Below the pieces are notes generated by a model. That model made no database searches, was not told the DNA's origin, and saw nothing but the letters and a program-made list of their open reading frames with translations. A program made the position numbers and the translations under genes. 64,000 nucleotides of DNA from an uncultured Candidatus Poseidoniales archaeon (GTDB lineage: Archaea > Thermoplasmatota > Poseidoniia > Poseidoniales > Poseidoniaceae), in the NCBI GenBank assembly GCA_964526385.1, contig CAZGJD010000003.1, positions 55,225 through 119,224 on the forward strand, given 5' to 3'. Each line of letters opens with the position of its first letter. Position 1 is the first letter of the stretch. Of the stretch, positions 50,427-59,226 are shown one piece after another.

Positions 50427-51041
50427 ATGCTGCTCATGCTCAGCAGAAGCAACAGCAGGAAGAAAGTAGAGGCGGACGCAGAATTGCCAACCAAGTTTGG
50501 CAACTTCAGGATCAAGGCGTTCATTGACCCGATTACATCAAAAGAACACGCGCTACTTTACACCGGAAAAGACCTAGATGCAACACCGTTGGTTAGGATT
50601 CACTCAGAATGTTTAACTGGAGACGCATTTGGGAGTCTCAAATGCGATTGTGGGCCACAGTTGGAGGCTGCAATGATGGAAATCCAAGATAGAGGTTGTG
50701 GGGCCATAGTTTACCTCCGACAAGAAGGAAGAGGAATCGGACTCTATGCAAAAATGCAAGCATACGCACTTCAGGACGAAGGACTCGACACTCTCGACGC
50801 AAATTTAGAATTGGGGCTACCCGCTGATGCAAGAACATATGAGTTCGCTGCCGAGATGTTAAAATCGATAGGTTTCAACAAGGTTAACCTGATGACAAAC
50901 AACCCAGAGAAAAGAAGCCAACTCGAAGCAAACGGCATAGAAATCACTTCAAGAATCCCTATCATTGTTGGGACGTGCGAGTACAATATTCAATATCTCA
51001 AGACAAAAGCCAATAGAATGGGTCATATCTTAAGAGTTTAA
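50427..51041 (+). CDS. ribA: GTP cyclohydrolase II
   Basis: VRIHSECLTGDAFGSLKCDCG, QEGRGIGL, LMTNNPEK, KANRMGH; alternative start 50436. Confidence 0.96.
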   Translation: MLLMLSRSNSRKKVEADAELPTKFGNFRIKAFIDPITSKEHALLYTGKDLDATPLVRIHSECLTGDAFGSLKCDCGPQLEAAMMEIQDRGCGAIVYLRQEGRGIGLYAKMQAYALQDEGLDTLDANLELGLPADARTYEFAAEMLKSIGFNKVNLMTNNPEKRSQLEANGIEITSRIPIIVGTCEYNIQYLKTKANRMGHILRV

Positions 51042-51050
51042 GGAGATATT

Positions 51051-51518
51051 ATGTCCACCTCAATACTTGGCCAAATTGCACCTGATTTTACACTGCAAGC
51101 AGACGATGGTTCAATGTTTGATAGCACAACGCTACACGGTAAATGGAGAGTGATTTTTTTCTACTCTCGACACAATTCTCCAACGTGCAAAAGAGGATGC
51201 CTCAACTTTAAAGAACAATATGATCTCTTCAAATCCTCAGGATGTGAAATTATCGGTGTAGGGCCTGGTTCCTTTGAAAAATTGAAAGATTTCAAGAAAT
51301 CGATAGGAGACCTCCCGTTCCCTCTTGTAGCAGATGTTGACAGAGCGGTTGGTGAGTCTTACAATATTCCCCTTCACCTTGGTAAATTTCCGTCAAAATC
51401 ATCTTTCGTTATTGGCCCAGATAACAAGGTCCACTACGTATATGACTGGCTTTTCAGACCAAGAAGGCACGTAGCTAAGATACTTGCAGAGTTATCATCG
51501 GTTTCAGGAGGAAAATGA
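51051..51518 (+). CDS. Peroxiredoxin BCP/PrxQ-like protein with atypical active site
   Basis: GQIAPDFTL, VIFFY, SPTCKRGC, LPFPLVAD. Confidence 0.85.
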   Translation: MSTSILGQIAPDFTLQADDGSMFDSTTLHGKWRVIFFYSRHNSPTCKRGCLNFKEQYDLFKSSGCEIIGVGPGSFEKLKDFKKSIGDLPFPLVADVDRAVGESYNIPLHLGKFPSKSSFVIGPDNKVHYVYDWLFRPRRHVAKILAELSSVSGGK

Positions 51519-52919
51519 ATGTGGGAAGATTTGTTGTATGAATCCGGACTTAACGAACGTGAAGTCAATTCAATTATGATACTTGGAAATAATCCAAAGA
51601 TGAAAGCATCAGAATTGGCAAAAGAACTGAAGACAACAAGATTAGATGCCTACAATAGTTTGTCCAGACTACAAGAAATGGGAATAGTTACAGTCACGGC
51701 AGATCGGCCAATGCTGTTTTCCAGTATGAACGTCTTAGAAGCAATCAAACACATAATAGAAATGCGAAAACAACAGTTGGCACGACTCACTGAAGGCTAT
51801 GAAGATTTGTCAAAGAATGTCAAGAGCAAATCTCCAGTAAGTAGCAGACCCCAATCCAGCGCAAACGACCCTCGTTTCGCTGTCTTGAAAGAACGCTCTC
51901 ACATCTATAACCGATTGAAAAAAATGGCTGATGAATGTGAAGAGAGGTTAGTACTAATGCTTGGCCAATACGGAATCTTACATTTGTGTAGGAATCCTAA
52001 TGCTCTCGAAGCGGTTAATACAGCTGCAACTAGGGGTTCAGTGGTTCAGATAATTACCCAACTCGATAGCAAAACTGTAAGGTTTTTCCGAGAGTTAAAC
52101 GACAGTGTTGAAGTCAAGCATTCAAATGATTTAGAATCGCTTGGATTTGTCAAAGATAAATCCGAGGTCGTTCAATATCTGAACATCGAAGACAATCCTG
52201 TTGGACGAGGAAAGGATGATGCTGCCTTAGTGATTGAATCTGCTGCATTTGCAGAATCTCACATGAATCTTATCGACACCATCTGGGAGAATGCCGTTGC
52301 ATTTGAAACAGCTGTAGTTCGATTTACTGAAAATAAAATCAACGACCCTCTTAAGTTAACAATTGGTGAAGGGTCTTTCTTGAAAAATGTCACATCGGCT
52401 TTGGGAATAACAGATGAACTTCCAGAAGATGACACTCCATTCGACCCTGAAGCATTTTTCGCAGCTGGCCAACAGGTCAATGACGCAAGGAAGAGTTTAT
52501 CCGAGGGTAAATTGTCAAATTTGAAAATATTAGGCATCGACATGGCTCTAATGCTCAGACAAATTGGCAATAGAGTTGGTCATGAGATATCATTTTCACT
52601 TAGAAAAATCGAGAACGACATAGAATTTCTCGATGAAATAATGGATTGGTGGGAATATGCCGGGTTGGGTAACTTGCAGTACGATGTCGACCCAACCTTC
52701 CACGTAAAAGTCGGATTAAACCACCCGCCAGTAGAAGATCCGGATGCGCTCCCTATGTGGGAAATGGATGACGGAATTATCGAGGGCGCTTTAAGACACA
52801 GGTTCTCAAAAGACGAGGACATCGTCATTAATCGAACCAAGGGTTCCGGTGACTCACATGATTTATGGAACTATATGATAGTTAAACAAGATCAAGAATC
52901 AACTGAATTGGAAGATTAA
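51519..52919 (+). CDS. TrmB-family transcriptional regulator with a probable C-terminal V4R-like domain
   Basis: GLNERE..ASELAKEL..RLDAYNSLSRLQEMGIV..RP HTH; TrmB effector domain ending IWENA; C-terminal IGNRVG..W..AGLG..GIIEGAL. Confidence 0.85.
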   Translation: MWEDLLYESGLNEREVNSIMILGNNPKMKASELAKELKTTRLDAYNSLSRLQEMGIVTVTADRPMLFSSMNVLEAIKHIIEMRKQQLARLTEGYEDLSKNVKSKSPVSSRPQSSANDPRFAVLKERSHIYNRLKKMADECEERLVLMLGQYGILHLCRNPNALEAVNTAATRGSVVQIITQLDSKTVRFFRELNDSVEVKHSNDLESLGFVKDKSEVVQYLNIEDNPVGRGKDDAALVIESAAFAESHMNLIDTIWENAVAFETAVVRFTENKINDPLKLTIGEGSFLKNVTSALGITDELPEDDTPFDPEAFFAAGQQVNDARKSLSEGKLSNLKILGIDMALMLRQIGNRVGHEISFSLRKIENDIEFLDEIMDWWEYAGLGNLQYDVDPTFHVKVGLNHPPVEDPDALPMWEMDDGIIEGALRHRFSKDEDIVINRTKGSGDSHDLWNYMIVKQDQESTELED

Positions 52920-52924
52920 GTCTG

Positions 52925-52945
52925 AAACGCTACTATATATATCAA
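52925..52945 (+). promoter_or_regulatory. BRE/TATA promoter motif AAACG-N4-TATATATATCAA for the ABC1-crtI-crtB operon
   Basis: aaacg ctac tatatatatcaa, 18 nt before ATG 52964 (consistent with a leaderless transcript). Confidence 0.7.
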
Positions 52946-52963
52946 CTCACCAACCTTAGTGCC

Positions 52964-54259
52964 ATGCGTCTGTTGACATTATACAAGTTTAGCAAGGAAC
53001 TAAGGGGGAACAGACCTGTCGACATTGACAAGATCCAATCCATGGGTCTGCTAGCGGTTAAGTTAGGACAAATTTGCGCTTTGCGACCTGATTTAATTGA
53101 CCCTGATAGGTGTATACAACTACAGCAATTGTACAGTAGAGCCCCGTCTGTGCCAGCGGAAGACTTTGACAATCTTCTTCGAAAACATACTTCACCTGAT
53201 TTTAGAGATAACTTCAACAAAATCGAGAACAAGCCATTTGCTGCCGCAAGCATAGGCCAAATCCACAGGGCTGAGTTGAAGGACGGAACTAAAGTTGTAA
53301 TCAAAATCATAAAATCAGATTTCCGAAAAACATTCATCCGTGATGTTAAGAAAATGAAGCGTTGGGTAAGAATGGGCCTATTCTTTAATCCAAAATTGAA
53401 GAAGGTTGGCAATCCTATCGGTCTATTGTCTCACATTGAAGATTACACCTTGAGAGAGTTAGATTTAATGAATGAGATAAACGGAAAAGAAAGATTGGAA
53501 CAACTTGCGGAGGATTACTCAGCATCATTCCCAATGCCAAAACTCCGCTTTCCAAAGATATGGAAAGATTTGTCGAATAGTAATGTTTTGGTGATGGAGG
53601 AAATTACATATCCAACCCTAGAATCACACCTCAACAAATCCTCCATGGAATGGGATGACATGTTGCAATTGTTCAGAATACACGGCGCCTACATGTTTGG
53701 GTTGGGTGTTTTCCATGGAGACCTTCATCCAGGAAACGCAATGATGGATTCAAAAGGAAACTTCACATTCATCGACACAGGAGCAATATGTGAAGCACCA
53801 GAACACGTAAGAAAAGCACTGTTTGGATTTTTCTTTTTCTTAGCCAAAGGTGAATTGAAGAACGCTTTCGACGCAATGTTAACAATGGCAGACGTTGAAC
53901 CAGTGGGTGAAACTCTACAAACCTATTACGACTCTATGAATGAATTATATGACGGATTTGTCGGTACTTCAGTAAGCGAAGTATCCTTAACTCAACAGAT
54001 GATGAAGACAGTAAAAGCAGCGGTCTTAGCTGGATGTTCTTTTGGAGATGAAGCGTTTCCTATCATCAGGTCATTGATGTACATGGATGGTATGGTTTTG
54101 AAAGGTTTCCCTGATGTTGATTTAATTTCAGCGATGGGTCCGTACTTGGATGAATTTGCTACACTAATAGACATTAACACCCTTCTAGAAAGGTCAAATC
54201 CAAATTCAAAATTACTGTTGAATAAAAACCGAACTTTAAATGCTAACACGGCACCGTGA
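52964..54259 (+). CDS. ABC1/UbiB/AarF-family atypical kinase
   Basis: VKLGQ, PFAAASIGQIHRA, ELD..NE, FHGDLHPGN, IDTG. Confidence 0.93.
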   Translation: MRLLTLYKFSKELRGNRPVDIDKIQSMGLLAVKLGQICALRPDLIDPDRCIQLQQLYSRAPSVPAEDFDNLLRKHTSPDFRDNFNKIENKPFAAASIGQIHRAELKDGTKVVIKIIKSDFRKTFIRDVKKMKRWVRMGLFFNPKLKKVGNPIGLLSHIEDYTLRELDLMNEINGKERLEQLAEDYSASFPMPKLRFPKIWKDLSNSNVLVMEEITYPTLESHLNKSSMEWDDMLQLFRIHGAYMFGLGVFHGDLHPGNAMMDSKGNFTFIDTGAICEAPEHVRKALFGFFFFLAKGELKNAFDAMLTMADVEPVGETLQTYYDSMNELYDGFVGTSVSEVSLTQQMMKTVKAAVLAGCSFGDEAFPIIRSLMYMDGMVLKGFPDVDLISAMGPYLDEFATLIDINTLLERSNPNSKLLLNKNRTLNANTAP

Positions 54260-54264
54260 TTCTC

Positions 54265-55878
54265 ATGTCCACCGAAAAACAACCTTCAGTCGCTATTATT
54301 GGAGCAGGGCCCGGTGGGCTAGCATCAGCACTTCTACTCGCAAAATCGGGTGTCAGAGTCACCGTTTTCGAACGCTCAGCAAGCGTTGGAGGCAGGAACA
54401 AAGTTTTCGAGAGAGATGGTTACAAATTCGACCTCGGCCCAACATTTTTCCACTATCCAGAAGTAATCGAAGACATATTCCAAGCAATCGGAAGGGATGC
54501 GCACGAAGAATTGAAACTAAAGAAACTTGACATCAATTACAGACTGATCTTTGGACAAGGGGGAAGTCTAGACTGCACTAGTAACACTGAACAAATGTGC
54601 GAAAGAATTGAAGCACTATCAGGAAAGAAAAATGCTGACGCATTCTTGAAATATCTCCAAGATAACCTAAACAAACTCAACAAATCAAAGCAATGTTTGC
54701 AAGAGCCATGGTTTGGCCCTACAGACTTACTTTCCAAGAGGGCTATGAGAGTTGCTGGAGTCTTGAGGCCTACTCGCTCAGTAGCTAAGGATTTGATGAA
54801 ATTATTCGACGATGATAGGTTGATGTTGGCAATGTCTTTCCAAACAAAATACCTTGGGATGTCACCATTCAACTGCCCAAGTTTATTCACCATGCTTGCC
54901 TTTTTAGAATACGAATACGGCATATTCCATCCAATGGGCGGTTTAGGTAGCGTCTCGGAAAGGATGGGCCAGATTGCAAGAGACATGGGTGTAGAATTCA
55001 GAATGAACGAAGAAGTCAAGAGCGTCATTATGGATAAAAAAACCATTAAAGGAATTGTTACTGACAACGGTTCCTTTTACGCTGACAAGGTAGTAATGAA
55101 TGCAGATTTTGCTCAAGGAATGACTAAGTTGTTCCCGGACAATCTTAGAAAGAAGTGGTCAAACAAGAAACTGGATAACAAGAAATATTCCTGTTCAACA
55201 TTCATGCTTTATCTCGGTGTTAACAAGACATTCGACGACCTCCCTCACCACCAAATTTACGCCTCAAAGGATTATGTTTCCAACCTTGAGGATATAGAAG
55301 TACATCACAGATTAACTTGGGACGACCCTTCTGTTTACGTCCAAAACGCATGTGTAACTGACCCTCAACTCGCTCCAGAAGGTTGCTCAACAGTGTACGC
55401 CCTGGTACCTGTATCACACATACATGACAATATTGACTGGTCTAAAGAGAAAGATTCATTCAGAGACAGAATCGTAGACCAAATCGAAGAGAAATTAGGT
55501 TTCGAAGGGCTTCGTGAAAATATCGCATCGGAACTAGTCATCACTCCAGAAGACTGGGGAGAGCACTGTTATCGTGGCGCTGTGTTCAACTTAGCACACG
55601 GACTTGACCAGATGTTATGGAAGAGACCCAAGAATGAATTTGACGAGATAAAGAACCTGTACCTGGTTGGTGGAGGAACCCACCCAGGTAGTGGATTACC
55701 GGTCATATACGAATCAGCAAGAATCAGTTCCAAACTCCTGCTTGACAGTCTAGGCATAATACCAGATTGGAACGGAGTCGATACGTGGTTTGACAGCAGA
55801 AAGCGAAGAACAAAATCCAACAAATCAGCAATTGCTTCGGCTAACGAACTCAACAAGGGTAACCCAACCCAATCATAG
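54265..55878 (+). CDS. crtI: Phytoene desaturase
   Basis: IIGAGPGGL, GYKFDLGPT, KYLGMSP, SCSTFMLYLG, LYLVGGGTHPGSGLP. Confidence 0.93.
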   Translation: MSTEKQPSVAIIGAGPGGLASALLLAKSGVRVTVFERSASVGGRNKVFERDGYKFDLGPTFFHYPEVIEDIFQAIGRDAHEELKLKKLDINYRLIFGQGGSLDCTSNTEQMCERIEALSGKKNADAFLKYLQDNLNKLNKSKQCLQEPWFGPTDLLSKRAMRVAGVLRPTRSVAKDLMKLFDDDRLMLAMSFQTKYLGMSPFNCPSLFTMLAFLEYEYGIFHPMGGLGSVSERMGQIARDMGVEFRMNEEVKSVIMDKKTIKGIVTDNGSFYADKVVMNADFAQGMTKLFPDNLRKKWSNKKLDNKKYSCSTFMLYLGVNKTFDDLPHHQIYASKDYVSNLEDIEVHHRLTWDDPSVYVQNACVTDPQLAPEGCSTVYALVPVSHIHDNIDWSKEKDSFRDRIVDQIEEKLGFEGLRENIASELVITPEDWGEHCYRGAVFNLAHGLDQMLWKRPKNEFDEIKNLYLVGGGTHPGSGLPVIYESARISSKLLLDSLGIIPDWNGVDTWFDSRKRRTKSNKSAIASANELNKGNPTQS

Positions 55879-55886
55879 GTGATATC

Positions 55887-56882
55887 ATGAATAACCAATT
55901 GATTGATGATTCCTACGCACATTGCAAACAGATTTGTAAGAGTGCTTCAACAACATTCTACAGTTCATTCTCAGCACTTGACCATGAAAGGAGAAAAGCA
56001 GTTCATTGTGTATATGCATTGTGCAGATGGATCGATGATATAGTCGACGGAGATGACGAACCCATTGTGCAAATTACAGAGGATTTGAAAAACCAAACAG
56101 CACTACGCAATCAAGCTTTGAAAGAAATACACTCTGGAAGAGAACTCTCAAATCCTGAAGACGTACATGAACAACGGTTGATGGCTTTAGTTGACATTAG
56201 AAATAATCTTTACAAAGCATCCAAGGGTGAGATTATCTCAACAGACCATCCTATTTTCATTGCGCTACAGGATGTCTTCACTCGATATCCAATCAGGGTT
56301 CAAGATTTTGAAACCGTCATTGAAGGAATGGAAGATGATTTATTCTCAGTTCAATGTAATACGTGGGACGAATTGAGAGCTTACTGCTACAAAGTAGCAT
56401 CTGCAGTAGGTCTAATTCTAATCGAAATTTACGGTTATGAAGATAGAGCAGCAAGATTACACGCAATAGATTTGGGAATTCAAATGCAACTTATCAATGT
56501 ACTAAGGGATATTTCTGAAGACCTTGAAAGAGGACGTGTCTATCTCCCGATTGAAGTTCTTGCACAACACAATATCGAAATCTCAGATTTGTCTAACGCA
56601 AACTTAGCTCAAAATCCGTCTTGGAAGTCATTCATGAGAGAATACCTCGAAGTGGTAAGACAACACCAAACATCAGCAATGCACTTGTTTGAATTCCTCG
56701 ACTCTAAATCAAGGGTCCAACCCAAAATAATGCAAGACGCTTACTCAAAGATATTCGATGACATAATTCGAAGATCAGGAGACATATTTTCCACTCCTAT
56801 CGACTTATCTAAAATGTCAAAGATGTCTCTATGGATGAAGATTAACTATTTGAAAATCAGATCTAAGATAACAACAGATTAG
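55887..56882 (+). CDS. crtB: Phytoene/squalene synthase
   Basis: STTFY, YALCRWIDDIVD, YCYKVASAVG, QLINVLRDISED..GRVYLP. Confidence 0.92.
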   Translation: MNNQLIDDSYAHCKQICKSASTTFYSSFSALDHERRKAVHCVYALCRWIDDIVDGDDEPIVQITEDLKNQTALRNQALKEIHSGRELSNPEDVHEQRLMALVDIRNNLYKASKGEIISTDHPIFIALQDVFTRYPIRVQDFETVIEGMEDDLFSVQCNTWDELRAYCYKVASAVGLILIEIYGYEDRAARLHAIDLGIQMQLINVLRDISEDLERGRVYLPIEVLAQHNIEISDLSNANLAQNPSWKSFMREYLEVVRQHQTSAMHLFEFLDSKSRVQPKIMQDAYSKIFDDIIRRSGDIFSTPIDLSKMSKMSLWMKINYLKIRSKITTD

Positions 56883-56890
56883 GTGATATT

Positions 56891-57118
56891 ATGCAGTGTA
56901 ACATAGACGCAAAAGGAAAAGCAGCACGACTCAAATTAGGAATTCTTACATTGATTGGCGCATTAGCGCTAACGGTTATTACCGCAGCAGGTATTGTTGA
57001 AGGAAGCATCTGGTGGTTAATGGCTGGAGGTGCGGCATTCGGTGGTGCTTTCGCAATATTTGAAGCTAGAGCAGGCTGGTGCGTAATTAGAGCAATGGGA
57101 ATTAAAACACCGTTGTGA
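56891..57118 (+). CDS. Small 2-TM membrane protein (YgaP/DUF2892-like)
   Basis: CNID...R and GWC motifs; AGGTGA SD sequence. Confidence 0.75.
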   Translation: MQCNIDAKGKAARLKLGILTLIGALALTVITAAGIVEGSIWWLMAGGAAFGGAFAIFEARAGWCVIRAMGIKTPL

Positions 57119-58066
57119 TTATTCCCACTCTATTGTACCTGGTGGCTTGTGAGTGATATCATAAACTACTCTGTTCACTGAGCCTTTTACAGCATTGGTA
57201 ATTCTCGTGCTTATCTTTGCAAGAATATCATGAGGAATTACAGAATATCTTGCAGACATTCCATCGAGAGACTGAACTGCTCTCACAACAACGGTTTCTC
57301 CGTATGCTCTGACATCGCCATGTACTCCAACAGATCTAACTGGAAGTAGCGCTGCAAAGTATTGCCAGGGCAATTCTATCTTACCTTCTGCGGCGGCTAA
57401 TTCTAATTCTTCTTCGACGATTGCACATGCCTCACGAACAATCTGTACTCTTTCGGGAGTAAGTTCACCAAGACACCTAACTGCTAATCCAGGACCAGGG
57501 AATGGTTGTCTTTCTGCTACTTTTATCTCAAGCGTCCTTGCAAGTTCTCTAACCTCGTCTTTGTACAAATCACGAAGTGGCTCGACTACTTCCAAAGTCA
57601 TGTCTTCGGGAAGGCCACCCACATTGTGATGGCTTTTGATGGTGTCACGGACTCCTCCACCCGATTCAATCCAATCTGGAGCAATTGTCCCCTGAACGAG
57701 ATACTTGGCGCCAACCTTTGCCTGTTCATCTTCAAAAATTCTAATGAATAATTCCCCGATAATCTTTCGCTTTTGTTCAGGGTCTGTTATTCCTTTCAAT
57801 GCTTCGAAATACCTGTCTTCAGCAAAGACTGTTGTGAGATTCAATCCGTGAGCTGCAAGCATTTCTTGGATTTCCTCAGTCTCATTTTTCCTCATTAATC
57901 CAGTATCGACATATACACAATGCAATTTATCACCAATCGCTTGATTAGCGATCACTGCTGCGACAGTAGAATCAACTCCACCACTGCAAGCAATAATTGC
58001 GATATCATCTATTTCATTACGCATTTTTTCTGCTGATTCTTCGATGAATGCAGAAGCATCGAACAT
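57119..58066 (-). CDS. guaAB: GMP synthase subunit B (ATP pyrophosphatase)
   Basis: SGGVDS, DPEQKRKIIG, IKSHHNVGGLP, PFPGPGLAVR, KPPGTIEWE. Confidence 0.96.
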   Translation of the reverse strand: MFDASAFIEESAEKMRNEIDDIAIIACSGGVDSTVAAVIANQAIGDKLHCVYVDTGLMRKNETEEIQEMLAAHGLNLTTVFAEDRYFEALKGITDPEQKRKIIGELFIRIFEDEQAKVGAKYLVQGTIAPDWIESGGGVRDTIKSHHNVGGLPEDMTLEVVEPLRDLYKDEVRELARTLEIKVAERQPFPGPGLAVRCLGELTPERVQIVREACAIVEEELELAAAEGKIELPWQYFAALLPVRSVGVHGDVRAYGETVVVRAVQSLDGMSARYSVIPHDILAKISTRITNAVKGSVNRVVYDITHKPPGTIEWE

Positions 58067-58067
58067 C

Positions 58068-58553
58068 TCAAGCCCTACCGTTTACTTCAGCATCCATTTG
58101 CTTAACCTTCTCAATTTGATCAAGCTTGTTTTGTTTTAGTGCATCAGCATACCGTGGGAATTTTAGGGCTAAAATCTGTGTTGCGAGATATCCTGCGTTA
58201 TCACCCCTGTCGACACCAACGGTTGCAGAAGGTACGCCTGGTGGAAGTTGGGCTATGGACAGTAAACTGTCAAATGGTACCTTTCCACCACAGGGAACAC
58301 CAATTACTGGCTTTGTTGTTAGTGATGCGACAGCACCGGGAAGCGCTGCTGCTAATCCCGCCATAGCGATAAATACCGAACAACCGTCAGCCTCTGCGTC
58401 TTTTACGATTTGTTCAACAAAGGCAGGAGACCTGTGAGCGCTTGCGACCCTTAATTGATATGGGACATCAAACATCTCCAAAATTTTCGTACATTTTTCA
58501 GCTATTGGCAAGTCAGACTTTGAACCGAGTAGTATAGTTACGTCCATGCCCAT
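58068..58553 (-). CDS. purE: N5-CAIR mutase / AIR carboxylase
   Basis: GSKSD, SAHRSP, AGLAAALPG, PVIGVP, QLPPGVP. Confidence 0.95.
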   Translation of the reverse strand: MGMDVTILLGSKSDLPIAEKCTKILEMFDVPYQLRVASAHRSPAFVEQIVKDAEADGCSVFIAMAGLAAALPGAVASLTTKPVIGVPCGGKVPFDSLLSIAQLPPGVPSATVGVDRGDNAGYLATQILALKFPRYADALKQNKLDQIEKVKQMDAEVNGRA

Positions 58554-58652
58554 TGTCGGAAATCGGTAGTTCATCAACGTGCCGAATGGGGATTTTCAAA
58601 TTTGGAACCATAAAGGGTGAAAATGGAACACAAATCAAAAAATCAAAGAAAT

Positions 58653-59192
58653 TTACTCTTCGTCAGAAAAAACAGACAGGGGTTCATCGGATTCAATGTA
58701 AATTTTGTCACCTTCTTTGACTCCTCTAACAATATTTTTACCAATCCTGAATAGTGGCCTTGCCGCCCATTTGGTGTGGAAAAACCTTGCAGATTCTATC
58801 ATTGGAATTGGCTTTTTAGGGTCCCATTCTAATCGATAAGCCTTCCCAGATATTGCGGATAACATTGCAGCGGTTCTGTAATTTATTGTCCAAACAGATA
58901 TGGCTACTATCACTTGAACAATCTCAGGAGGTTGGAAGAATAAACCGAATGCAGCAAATGGTGAAATTAGTAATATTGCGAAATCGACTCTACCAGGAGA
59001 TATTGTAGCTCCAATCCACACAGCAATTAATGAAATCATAATTCCACTTGCCAACATAGCAGGTACGAGCAGGCCTCTGCCTTGGTAAATAAGAAGACAG
59101 CCTCCAACAAGGGGTAGGAGTGACCACGCCATAGGGAAGAGCATCTTCGGACCTGGGCCATCGAGCTTTACCTCATGCCAGTCCATGTACAT
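58653..59192 (-). CDS. Hypothetical 4-TM membrane protein
   Basis: 179-aa hydrophobic ORF in line with flanking genes. Confidence 0.75.
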   Translation of the reverse strand: MYMDWHEVKLDGPGPKMLFPMAWSLLPLVGGCLLIYQGRGLLVPAMLASGIMISLIAVWIGATISPGRVDFAILLISPFAAFGLFFQPPEIVQVIVAISVWTINYRTAAMLSAISGKAYRLEWDPKKPIPMIESARFFHTKWAARPLFRIGKNIVRGVKEGDKIYIESDEPLSVFSDEE

Positions 59193-59226
59193 CCTAGCGA
59201 GTAGCCGATTTCAATAATTTGTAAGA

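Noticed and set aside
52964..57118. Complete retinal/proteorhodopsin pathway
   Set aside because: Only crtI and crtB are present; no crtE, crtY, blh or opsin in the window
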